Below are positions 1-6,136 of a stretch of DNA of 36,735 nucleotides, piece after piece; the stretch's first letter is position 1, and each line of letters opens with the position of its first letter. The stretch comes from a virus: positions 1-36,735 of IMG/VR virus record IMGVR_UViG_3300045988_027065; one strand, written 5' to 3'. The position numbers and the translations under genes were made by a program. Under the pieces are notes generated by a model. It was not told the DNA's origin, did no database searches, and saw only the letters and a list, made by a program, of their open reading frames with translations.

Positions 1-55
1 AGCCGTCGCCGGAGCCGGAGACGGGATTCAGAAATGCCAGGATCTTCTGCTCAAG
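1..55. repeat. Terminal overlap, identical to 36681-36735 (circularisation signature)
   Basis: Exact 55-nt identity read directly: agccgtcgccggagccggagacgggattcagaaatgccaggatcttctgctcaag at both ends. Confidence 0.95.
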
Positions 56-70
56 TGTCAGACCTTCCAT
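1..70 (-). CDS. 5' end (N-terminus MEGLTLEQKILAFLNPVSGSGDG...) of the Gly-Tyr repeat protein that continues at 36735 across the circular junction
   Basis: ATG at 70-68 lies inside the end of the upstream ORF. The frame runs LEQKILAFLNPVS into the GS/GD/GY array and joins 36010-36735 in frame when the 55-nt overlap is collapsed. Confidence 0.7.
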   Translation of the reverse strand, partial: MEGLTLEQKILAFLNPVSGSGDG

Positions 71-345
71 GGCTTCACCGCCTCAATGGATTTTACGGCT
101 GCATCGGTGCAGGGTAGGATCTCGATTGCGTCCAAGACCTCCAAGCTATCTACCATCACGGTGAACTTGCAACTCTCTGGCTGGTTCACGCCCTCAAGCG
201 CCAACTGCATAAGGCTTGCCGCTCCATACCATCTCCATAGACACCGAGCGTTTTTCATAACTACGTCCTGTCCGTTCCGGCTTTCAATTTCGCCGTAGAA
301 TACGCCGCTGCGGTCGCACCGCACAATGTACTGCTGATTTCCCAT
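58..345 (-). CDS. Hypothetical early protein (95 aa)
   Basis: ORF-track ORF with an AAAGGGA RBS-like motif upstream. It is co-oriented in the early operon. Confidence 0.65.
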   Translation of the reverse strand: MGNQQYIVRCDRSGVFYGEIESRNGQDVVMKNARCLWRWYGAASLMQLALEGVNQPESCKFTVMVDSLEVLDAIEILPCTDAAVKSIEAVKPWKV

Positions 346-388
346 ATTTTTCCCTTTCTGCGTTTCAGCTCGCCAGCTTATTCGTAAA

Positions 389-745
389 TTACACGATTCC
401 AGCCGAAATCATCATGGCGAAAATAATAATGGCCGCACAGATTGCACCGATGCTCATGCCATTCAAAAACCGTGCCAGCTCTCGGCTGATCTTCTTATTT
501 ACCTTCTGTGCTTCCGCCGAAGGTTCCGCCGCCTGCTGGGTCACCGCCGCCGGAATGATCACCGCCCTGGCCTGCAGAACCTGGTTCCGCTTGGCAAGCG
601 CCCGTTCATAGGCGGCTTCCCATGCTTCGGGATTCCCAAGTACGTCTTCTTTCCTGGCCTTTTCCGCCGCCTCCTGCCGCTCCAGCAGAATTGCTGCTTT
701 CCGGCGCCGGTTCTGATCCCGGTCATTCGGTGTTTCGATTCTCAT
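389..745 (-). CDS. Hypothetical protein with a charged helical N-terminus and a C-terminal TM segment (118 aa from MRIETPN)
   Basis: Internal ATG at 745 is preceded by TGGAGGA. The C-terminus GMSIGAICAAIIIFAMMISAGIV is hydrophobic. Confidence 0.6.
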   Translation of the reverse strand: MRIETPNDRDQNRRRKAAILLERQEAAEKARKEDVLGNPEAWEAAYERALAKRNQVLQARAVIIPAAVTQQAAEPSAEAQKVNKKISRELARFLNGMSIGAICAAIIIFAMMISAGIV

Positions 746-762
746 GCAGATTCCTCCATTTT

Positions 763-939
763 TTATTGATCGCCGTTGAACCGGCGTGGTGTCCATCTTC
801 GGTGATTCCGGTATACCCGGTTATCACGGTCTTTCTCACGGTTGATTCTGTCCCGTTCCTCGCGGAATGCTATGTATTTCAAGCATTCGCTGTGGCACAG
901 GGTGTGACGTTCCGGGCAATTCTTACAGGGTGCATTCAT
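763..939 (-). CDS. Small Cys-rich (CxxC...CxxxC) zinc-finger-like protein, 58 aa
   Basis: Hand translation gives MNAPCKNCPERHTLCHSECLKYIAFREERDR... There is an ATGA start/stop overlap with the upstream gene at 936-939. It is below the ORF-track length cutoff. Confidence 0.5.
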   Translation of the reverse strand: MNAPCKNCPERHTLCHSECLKYIAFREERDRINREKDRDNRVYRNHRRWTPRRFNGDQ

Positions 940-1151
940 ACATCCACCCCGTAAGCCCTGAGGAAAGGGATCCTCGGTATTTTCGTCCTATTTCCAACAA
1001 CGGAAACAGGGAAATGAAGCAGTTCTGGCTTCTGCCTGGCTGCCACTCGGATCAAATCCGGGCTACAATGCATCACCTGTGCGGCCTCTGCCGGTGTCAG
1101 GTTTGCCTTATCCATTTGCCGGATACTTTCCAGCAGTTCCACGTCTGTCAT
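936..1151 (-). CDS. Excisionase-family / MerR-like HTH DNA-binding protein (71 aa)
   Basis: Motif LTPAEAAQVMHCSPDLIRVAARQ...FPVSVVGNRTKIPRIPF is typical of excisionase-type HTH proteins. ATGA overlap with the upstream gene. Confidence 0.55.
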   Translation of the reverse strand: MTDVELLESIRQMDKANLTPAEAAQVMHCSPDLIRVAARQKPELLHFPVSVVGNRTKIPRIPFLRAYGVDV

Positions 1152-1366
1152 GATACCGCCCCCTCTAGCTCTATCACCAATGTATCATCCTTGATGTGCC
1201 AACCAAGCACCCGGCAAAACACCGTCCACACCGGCATAGTTCCGGTGCTGTTCTCCACGGAACATTTCCCACGGATGAACCGGCGCTTTCCGGTATTCCA
1301 TGCCGCTGCCCGGAAATCCGGGTCATTTCGGAGCAGATCAACCGGGTTATTATTCGCCGTTTTCAT
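1148..1366 (-). CDS. Hypothetical early protein (72 aa)
   Basis: Strong RBS TAAGGAGG lies 6 nt upstream of the ATG at 1366. Confidence 0.6.
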   Translation of the reverse strand: MKTANNNPVDLLRNDPDFRAAAWNTGKRRFIRGKCSVENSTGTMPVWTVFCRVLGWHIKDDTLVIELEGAVS

Positions 1367-1502
1367 CCTTGGCCTCCTTATCCATGTCAGCCCGCATTTT
1401 AAGCATCTTCGCCCCGGCGTTTACCAGTGCGAGGCTTTTCTGGTCAAGCTGTTTCAGCATTTCCACGGTCTCTTTAATGGTTTTCTTGGTTTCTTCACTC
1501 AT
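1350..1502 (-). CDS. Small helical hypothetical protein (50 aa, MSEETKKTIKETVEMLKQLD...)
   Basis: Hand translation. RBS AAAGGAGG lies upstream of the ATG at 1502. The 3' end overlaps the next start. Confidence 0.5.
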   Translation of the reverse strand: MSEETKKTIKETVEMLKQLDQKSLALVNAGAKMLKMRADMDKEAKDENGE

Positions 1503-1565
1503 GTTATAGCCTCCTTTTCGGTGGAATTTATGGGATGCGGCGATTCAGGCTCACCGCTCAGGGCC

Positions 1566-1769
1566 TTATTTCAGGTTGATGTGCAGCCGGTTTCGGTCCG
1601 CCCAATAGCTCAGGCTCTCAACCGGTTTATCTGATTTCTCAAGGATTCCATCCTCAAACCACTTACCCGCAGCCACGAAATTATTTTCTCTGTCCCGGAT
1701 GATGATCTGAGTATCATCAGTTATCATCCGGTGGCCCTTTAACAGGCCCTCTAATGTTAAATCGTCCAT
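1566..1769 (-). CDS. Hypothetical early protein (67 aa from MDDLTLEG)
   Basis: Internal ATG at 1769 is preceded by AAGGAGGTAAGCAC. Confidence 0.6.
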   Translation of the reverse strand: MDDLTLEGLLKGHRMITDDTQIIIRDRENNFVAAGKWFEDGILEKSDKPVESLSYWADRNRLHINLK

Positions 1770-1781
1770 GTGCTTACCTCC

Positions 1782-1821
1782 TTGTTTTCTCCCGTTCCTG
1801 CATGGTAAAATGGAACGGGAG
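1782..1821 (+). promoter_or_regulatory. Putative extended -10 promoter (TTGTTT-18-TGgTAAAAT) overlapped by a 10-bp perfect inverted repeat CTCCCGTTCC/GGAACGGGAG
   Basis: Read directly. The inverted-repeat arms are at 1789-1798 and 1812-1821. The right arm covers the RBS of the 1831 gene. Confidence 0.4.
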
Positions 1822-1830
1822 GTGATATTC

Positions 1831-2154
1831 ATGCTTTCTAGCGCCCAGTACCATAAGCTACAGCGTATTTGTCTTTTTCACGGGACTACTGCCCGGGATT
1901 ATAAAAGGCGGAAAGAGCTGTATCAGTATCTGGGGAATTCGGGATATATCCGCAAGCACCCGGTCCGCAATTATGATGGTTATGTAATCACGGAATCAGG
2001 TAGGGCGGCTCTGCACCAGCACCGGGTGGAAGTGTTCCATTTCTGGATTCCTACTGTAATCTCGTTGCTTGCCCTGATGCTTAGTGCGTTTTCTGTCCTT
2101 ACAGAAGTACCCGGAGCAATATCCGTCCTGCGAAGATTGCTACATTTAGGATAA
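1831..2154 (+). CDS. Opposite-strand small membrane protein: winged-helix-like N-terminus plus C-terminal TM (107 aa)
   Basis: RBS GGGAGGTGA lies 5 nt before the ATG at 1831. The motif GYIRKHPVRNYDGYVITESGRAAL is followed by the hydrophobic stretch FWIPTVISLLALMLSAFSVL. Confidence 0.55.
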   Translation: MLSSAQYHKLQRICLFHGTTARDYKRRKELYQYLGNSGYIRKHPVRNYDGYVITESGRAALHQHRVEVFHFWIPTVISLLALMLSAFSVLTEVPGAISVLRRLLHLG

Positions 2155-2389
2155 ACAGCCATTTTGTGATAGTCGCATACACATAAGCCTCATTGCAAAT
2201 ACCAATGATGATGTTGGTGTATGTCTCACGATCCATGCCATCCAGTCCCATTTCTTCATCTGGGTACTCTATCTCTTTCCCTCGCAAGTCCTTCGGGATT
2301 TTCTCACCGGGCCAGAGGATTTTAGCATCCTCGCCTTTGCCGATAATGGTAGGATTGCTGTAACGTTCGAGCTTTGGGAGTTTTCTCAC
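2099..2389 (-). CDS. First gene of the leftward early transcript, hypothetical (96 aa from a GTG start), not HTH-like
   Basis: GTG at 2389 is preceded by GGAGGTGA. The upstream ATGs at 2443 and 2515 lie inside or upstream of the -10 of the leftward promoter. The region is AT-richer than its flanks. Confidence 0.45.
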   Translation of the reverse strand: MRKLPKLERYSNPTIIGKGEDAKILWPGEKIPKDLRGKEIEYPDEEMGLDGMDRETYTNIIIGICNEAYVYATITKWLFILNVAIFAGRILLRVLL

Positions 2390-2441
2390 GATCTCACCTC
2401 CATGTGATTTTGCTTTGTTTGTAATCTCAATTTCTGAGATC

Positions 2442-2470
2442 ATTATACCTAATAATTTTAGATTTGTCAA
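2442..2470 (-). promoter_or_regulatory. Leftward (early lytic) promoter: TTGACA-17 nt-TATAAT
   Basis: Perfect consensus hexamers on the minus strand, with -35 at 2470-2465 and -10 at 2447-2442. Confidence 0.7.
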
Positions 2471-2499
2471 TAGCAAAAATCTAAGTTTTTTAGATTTTT
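2456..2499. promoter_or_regulatory. Operator cluster: three TTAGATTT half-sites
   Basis: TTTTAGATTT at 2456-2465, AAAAATCTAA at 2475-2484 and TTAGATTTTT at 2490-2499. The last two form a palindrome. The first abuts the leftward -35 and the last lies next to the rightward -35. Confidence 0.6.
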
Positions 2500-2502
2500 G
2501 TA

Positions 2503-2531
2503 TTGATTTTTTCATTCGATTCTGCTATTAT
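2503..2531 (+). promoter_or_regulatory. Rightward (lysogeny) promoter: TTGATT-17 nt-TATTAT
   Basis: Hexamers with 17-nt spacing, followed by RBS GGGGAGGTG and the ATG at 2557. Confidence 0.55.
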
Positions 2532-2556
2532 ATAAGAGCAGAGGGGAGGTGCAAAA

Positions 2557-2967
2557 ATGCCAGAAAACGAAACAGTTGGGCGGCGAATCAAGACTGTAAG
2601 GCAAGAAAAGGGAATGACCCAAGCCCAACTTGCAGATCACAAAGATGTTAAGGTGACGAAAAACTACATCTATCTGATCGAGAGTGGGAAAACAGCTCCA
2701 GCAGAAAAGTTAGTTAAAGATATCGCAAAAGCGTTTGGTGTATCGGCAACGTGGCTGCTGACCGGAGATGGTAATAAATACCCGCTCCCAGAGGACGAAA
2801 CCGCCGCGTATGTTGACCAGCTCTTGCATGATGCAGAAAACCCGCTATACGACATAATCCGGGCGATCATGAAAACGTACAGCGAGCTGGACGGAAACAG
2901 CCAGGCCGTGATCAGAAACACGGTTGAACAATTTCAGAAAAACCTAAAAAAAGAGGGTCGGGGTTAA
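2557..2967 (+). CDS. XRE-family HTH repressor (CI-like, no S24 peptidase domain), 136 aa
   Basis: VGRRIKTVRQEKGMTQAQLA...IYLIESGKTAP...IAKAFGVSATWLLTGDG is a classic XRE HTH. It sits at the divergent switch on the integrase strand. Confidence 0.8.
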   Translation: MPENETVGRRIKTVRQEKGMTQAQLADHKDVKVTKNYIYLIESGKTAPAEKLVKDIAKAFGVSATWLLTGDGNKYPLPEDETAAYVDQLLHDAENPLYDIIRAIMKTYSELDGNSQAVIRNTVEQFQKNLKKEGRG

Positions 2968-2980
2968 TCCCCGGCCCTCT
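2952..2980. terminator. 12-bp GC-rich hairpin shared by two convergent genes; the strong T-tract is on the minus-strand side
   Basis: AGAGGGTCGGGG-TTAAT-CCCCGGCCCTCT. On the minus strand it is followed by TTTTTTTAGGTTTTT. Both stop codons lie in the loop. Confidence 0.7.
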
Positions 2981-3080
2981 CTATATGTCGTTTTACCAGC
3001 GTGTATATCTGACTCAAAAATGTTAGGTCATTAACTTTCTGTATCATTCTAATGATCTCGTCTCGGTATTGCTGTTCCAT
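2964..3080 (-). CDS. Small helical peptide, 38 aa (MEQQYRDEIIRMIQKVNDLTFLSQIYTLVKRHIERAGD)
   Basis: Hand translation. RBS AGGAGA lies 5 nt before the ATG at 3080. It ends in the terminator loop and is below the ORF-track cutoff. Confidence 0.4.
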   Translation of the reverse strand: MEQQYRDEIIRMIQKVNDLTFLSQIYTLVKRHIERAGD

Positions 3081-3298
3081 ATGTATCTCCTATTCGTCTC
3101 GCTTTGCCGAGCAAAGCCCAAACTGGAAAATCCCGTCGGTTTTTTCGGCAAAATGCTCAACTACTCCAATTGGGGGACAGTTGATCTAGCTTGGATAGAT
3201 GCTTGTCTAAGCTCGGTTAAAAAATTCACCTAAGTCAAGCCTAGACAAGCTCTATTATTCTGTGCTTTCATTTTTTATCAATTTTTCCGTTTTTCCTC

Positions 3299-3327
3299 TT
3301 GCGCTCTCCCGTGATTTTTAGTAAAAT
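3299..3327 (+). promoter_or_regulatory. Putative promoter TTGCGC-17 nt-TAAAAT for the 3544-4722 pair
   Basis: Hexamers and spacing read directly, about 215 nt upstream of the ATG at 3544. Confidence 0.4.
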
Positions 3328-3543
3328 CATATTGTGATTGAGCCGTTGTAAAATGGTATGTGGGCTCCGTCTAAACTCTTCCGTTTCTAGCGGCGGGAGG
3401 TCTTCATGGCACTGCATCATCGTCCCCACCTCCTTGCGGTGCCTATGCTTAGATTATACCAGTCCATTTATTCCAATCAATACCATTTATGTGCTCATTT
3501 AGTGCTCTTTGACGTTCAAATTGCGCCAAATCTGGAAAGGTCG

Positions 3544-4062
3544 ATGGGAATGAGCCAGAATCAGTCTGAGCTGATACGGCAGCTCCAGCAAATGCGGATG
3601 GAGAAGGGGCTGACCTACCAGGCCATAGTAGACGCTTGCGAGATGGCAGGGGAGCCTGTGTCTATGTCCTCTGTCCGGCGGATTTTTTCCGATGATCCAG
3701 ACCGTCCGGAGGCTTTCCGGGTCACCACGCTCCAGGCTGTGGCTCGGGCCGTAATCGGTAATGCATACAACGCGGAAACAGTCCCGCCGTCTGATTTAGC
3801 GGCGCTCCGGGCCTTGCTAGCTGTCCGCGAGGAGACAGACAAGGATCGGCAGCAGGGGATCATAGACAGGACAGAGCAGATAGCCCGGATGCAGTCCACC
3901 ATAGATGAGCTACAAGCCGAGATCAAGCGGAAGTCTAAGACCATCAAAATCATGATCCTTTGGGCCTCTGTTATGACGATGCTGCTAATTGCGTTTTTTG
4001 TGGCCCTTGCGGTCTATGTTGTTTGGGATTTGTCGCACCCTGGGTGCGGGATATTAAGATAG
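3544..4062 (+). CDS. Membrane-anchored HTH-like protein: N-terminal HTH, coiled coil, C-terminal TM (172 aa; alternative start at 3406)
   Basis: LIRQLQQMRMEKGLTYQAIVDACEMAGEPVSMSSVRRIF is HTH-like. QSTIDELQAEIKRKSK looks like coiled coil. ILWASVMTMLLIAFFVALAVYVVW is hydrophobic. Confidence 0.6.
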   Translation: MGMSQNQSELIRQLQQMRMEKGLTYQAIVDACEMAGEPVSMSSVRRIFSDDPDRPEAFRVTTLQAVARAVIGNAYNAETVPPSDLAALRALLAVREETDKDRQQGIIDRTEQIARMQSTIDELQAEIKRKSKTIKIMILWASVMTMLLIAFFVALAVYVVWDLSHPGCGILR

Positions 4063-4074
4063 GAGGAGTTAAAA

Positions 4075-4722
4075 ATGGAGCAATTAGTTGGTACGCTGCT
4101 CCTGTTGTTCGTCTTTTCCGCTATCCTGATTGGGGCCCTGATGTGGCAAAAATCCGGCACAAAGCGGGCACAGAAAAAAGCGGAAGATCAAAATCGGCAG
4201 GATGAGACCCGGCAGAAGATCGCGGAGGCAGAGGCCGAGTGGAGGAAGCAGCCCCACTCTTGGGATGCTCCAGCGGCCCCGGAAAAGCCAAAGGAGGAGC
4301 CGAAAAAGGATGATGGCGTAACATTTAAGGCCACCGGGATGGCCTACCACATGGACGGTCTAGAAAAAATCGCCGCTGAAAACTGGGACTATGAGATGAC
4401 AAACGCGGAAATAAAAGAGGAGTATGAGCAGTACGACAGAATCTATAAGTACGAGTACCCGGTAGAGACCGTGGAGCTTGTTCCGGAGCCAGACAACGAG
4501 GCCGACCCAAACGCCATTGCTGTTCACATCAATGGAGAAAAGGTGGCCTATATTAAGAGAGGTAGCACCACCAGGGCCCGGAACCTCCTGGCAAGCGGAA
4601 ACAGAAAAATAACCGCTGAGGTGTACGGTGGGCCCTACAAAATGGTGGAGGAGGACGATGATGGCAGGTTGACCGTCATCAAAGGCGAGAGCCCCATCCG
4701 CGTTATTATCAAGATCAAATAA
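4075..4722 (+). CDS. Membrane-anchored HIRAN-domain protein: N-terminal TM, charged linker, C-terminal HIRAN (215 aa)
   Basis: RBS AGGAGG upstream. The TM is LVGTLLLLFVFSAILIGALMW, followed by KSGTKRAQKK. The HIRAN-like core is FKATGMAYH...VELVPEPDNEADPNAIAVHINGEKVAYIKR. Confidence 0.6.
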   Translation: MEQLVGTLLLLFVFSAILIGALMWQKSGTKRAQKKAEDQNRQDETRQKIAEAEAEWRKQPHSWDAPAAPEKPKEEPKKDDGVTFKATGMAYHMDGLEKIAAENWDYEMTNAEIKEEYEQYDRIYKYEYPVETVELVPEPDNEADPNAIAVHINGEKVAYIKRGSTTRARNLLASGNRKITAEVYGGPYKMVEEDDDGRLTVIKGESPIRVIIKIK

Positions 4723-4726
4723 AAAT

Positions 4727-4753
4727 GCCCCCGGTGTACCGAGCACCGAGGGC
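4727..4753 (+). terminator. Hairpin after the HIRAN gene (weak T-tract)
   Basis: GCCCCCGGTG-taccgag-CACCGAGGGC pairs at 9 of 10 positions and is followed by GTTTCGC. Confidence 0.4.
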
Positions 4754-4797
4754 GTTTCGCAAATTCGGGGAGATACAAATTGGAGAAATCCAGATTT

Positions 4798-4831
4798 GAG
4801 GAATCTGCGTATTTATTATAACAGATTCCTC
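4798..4831. promoter_or_regulatory. Perfect 10-bp inverted repeat GAGGAATCTG-14 nt-CAGATTCCTC upstream of int
   Basis: Read directly. The AT-rich spacer cgtatttattataa contains a -10-like TATAA. Confidence 0.45.
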
Positions 4832-4855
4832 CCGGAAACACAAGGGGAGAATCAT

Positions 4856-5962
4856 ATGCAATGCAGGAAATGCCATTCAGAAGCACCGGAGGGGGCTAAT
4901 TTCTGCCCAAAGTGCGGGGCCAAATTAACTGTAACCACAAGCGTAAAAAGCCGTGGAAACGGACAGGGGACGGCCATCAAGCGAGGGAAAACGTGGACAG
5001 CTATATGGTCTGCCCCGCGCTACATCGGCGAGGATGGGAAGGTACACTATCCACGGAAGTGGAAGGGCGGATTTGCCACAAAAAAAGCCGCCCTGGCGTA
5101 TGCGTCATGCCATCCGGAAACTGTCGTAAAAGTGCCTACACTCCGCGATTATCATAAAACATGGCACTCGGCTGCATTTACCAAGCTGGGAAAATCTAAG
5201 CAGACGGCCTATGAGATCGCTTGGAAGCGTTGGGACGGCCTGTACGACAAGCCCGTAACCGAGCTATCCATCGGAGATTTACAGGGGCAGGTGGACACTG
5301 AGACCTCCACATACTACCCAGCACGTGACATGAAAACTGTAGCGTCCCACCTTCTGAAAATGGCCGTTGCAGAGGGCCATCTCCGGGCAAATCTGGCGGA
5401 ATATATTGAGCTTCCGCCGCTGGATGAAAAAGAGATGACCCCGTACACCGAGGACGAGATTAAACTATTCTGGGCGGCATACACCGCCGGTGATACGTTT
5501 GTGGGCTACATCCTGCTGATGATCTACACTGGCATGATGCCCGGGGAGCTGTTTATCTTAAAAAAAGACATGATAGATTTTGAAAAGTTCGAGATACGTG
5601 GGGCTGGGCTCAAAACGAAAAAACGCAAGGAAACGTCCATGGTATTTCCGCAATCCATTGCCCCCGTGCTCCACAAACTCTGTGACTGCTCCAACAGCCG
5701 GAAAGATTACGTCCTCTGTATGGATCGTGACCGATTTTACCCGGAATATCACAGAGCTGTCAAGAGCGCCGGATGCAGAGACCTCCCGCCATACTCATGC
5801 CGCCACACTACCGCCACGGCGCTGGCTCTTGGTAATATTGCACCGTCCGTAATTCAGGAGGTTATGCGCCACACCAAATTTACAACAACACAGCGCTATA
5901 TCCATCCAGATACCGCCGCTTCTCATGCCGCCGTAAATCAGATGGCGGCAACGTCTGAGTAG
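4856..5962 (+). CDS. int: Tyrosine-recombinase integrase with an N-terminal zinc ribbon (368 aa from MQCRKC)
   Basis: RBS AAGGGGAG upstream. N-terminal CRKCHSEAPEGANFCPKCG. C-terminal SCRHTTATALAL...VMRHTKFTTTQRYIH is the HxxR...Y catalytic box. Confidence 0.85.
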   Translation: MQCRKCHSEAPEGANFCPKCGAKLTVTTSVKSRGNGQGTAIKRGKTWTAIWSAPRYIGEDGKVHYPRKWKGGFATKKAALAYASCHPETVVKVPTLRDYHKTWHSAAFTKLGKSKQTAYEIAWKRWDGLYDKPVTELSIGDLQGQVDTETSTYYPARDMKTVASHLLKMAVAEGHLRANLAEYIELPPLDEKEMTPYTEDEIKLFWAAYTAGDTFVGYILLMIYTGMMPGELFILKKDMIDFEKFEIRGAGLKTKKRKETSMVFPQSIAPVLHKLCDCSNSRKDYVLCMDRDRFYPEYHRAVKSAGCRDLPPYSCRHTTATALALGNIAPSVIQEVMRHTKFTTTQRYIHPDTAASHAAVNQMAATSE

Positions 5963-5967
5963 CATTG

Positions 5968-5987
5968 TTGTTAGCAAATCGTTAGCA
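5968..5987 (+). repeat. Putative integrase arm-type site (TTGTTAGCAAATCGTTAGCA), copy 1
   Basis: A near-identical direct copy is at 6219-6239. The two copies flank the tRNA-derived core. Confidence 0.45.
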
Positions 5988-6024
5988 TATCCCGAATTTT
6001 TCTTGTAATTGCAACGCATTTTAC

Positions 6025-6087
6025 GCCCCTGCTAAGGGAGTAGGCCGGGAAACCGGCGCGAGGGTTCAAATCCCTCCTTCCGCGCCA
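6025..6087 (+). other. attP core: 3' segment of tRNA-Ser(GCT), comprising anticodon loop, long variable arm, T arm, acceptor 3' strand and CCA
   Basis: CTGCTAA loop, GCCGGgaaaCCGGC variable arm, GAGGGTTCAAATCCCTC T arm, then CTTCCGCGCCA. No matching 5' acceptor strand (GCGGAAG) is present upstream. Confidence 0.7.
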
Positions 6088-6136
6088 AAAGTACCGCATT
6101 TGCACTTGAATTTGTGTAAATGCGGTACTTTTTTAC
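6087..6136. terminator. Rho-independent terminator after the tRNA fragment; also closes the minus-strand cassette
   Basis: AAAAGTACCGCATTT-loop-AAATGCGGTACTTTTTT. T/A tracts lie on both sides. Confidence 0.7.

Noticed and set aside
1-55. Biological terminal inverted or direct repeat of a transposon-like element
   Set aside because: The repeat is direct, exactly 55 nt, lies inside a coding sequence, and restores an intact ORF when collapsed. This is consistent with an assembly circularisation overlap rather than element ends.
867-1634. 255-aa plus-strand ORF spanning several early genes
   Set aside because: It runs antisense across five short minus-strand genes that each have strong RBSs and ATGA coupling. 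It has no RBS and an implausible composition.
2443-2515. Longer versions of the first leftward gene, starting at 2515 or 2443
   Set aside because: Both ATGs lack an RBS and lie upstream of, or within, the -10 hexamer of the consensus leftward promoter, so they would not be on the transcript. GTG at 2389 has a GGAGGTGA RBS.
3406-3543. Upstream ATG extension (46 aa) of the HTH-TM gene
   Set aside because: The added residues (MALHHRPHLLAVPMLRLYQSIYSNQYHLCAHL...) look non-protein-like, and the HTH begins right after the ATG at 3544. However, GGGAGG precedes 3406, so this start is not fully excluded.
6025-6087. Functional tRNA-Ser gene
   Set aside because: Only the portion from the anticodon loop to CCA is present. 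There is no 5' acceptor strand or D arm upstream. It is interpreted as the attP core copy of the host tRNA 3' end.
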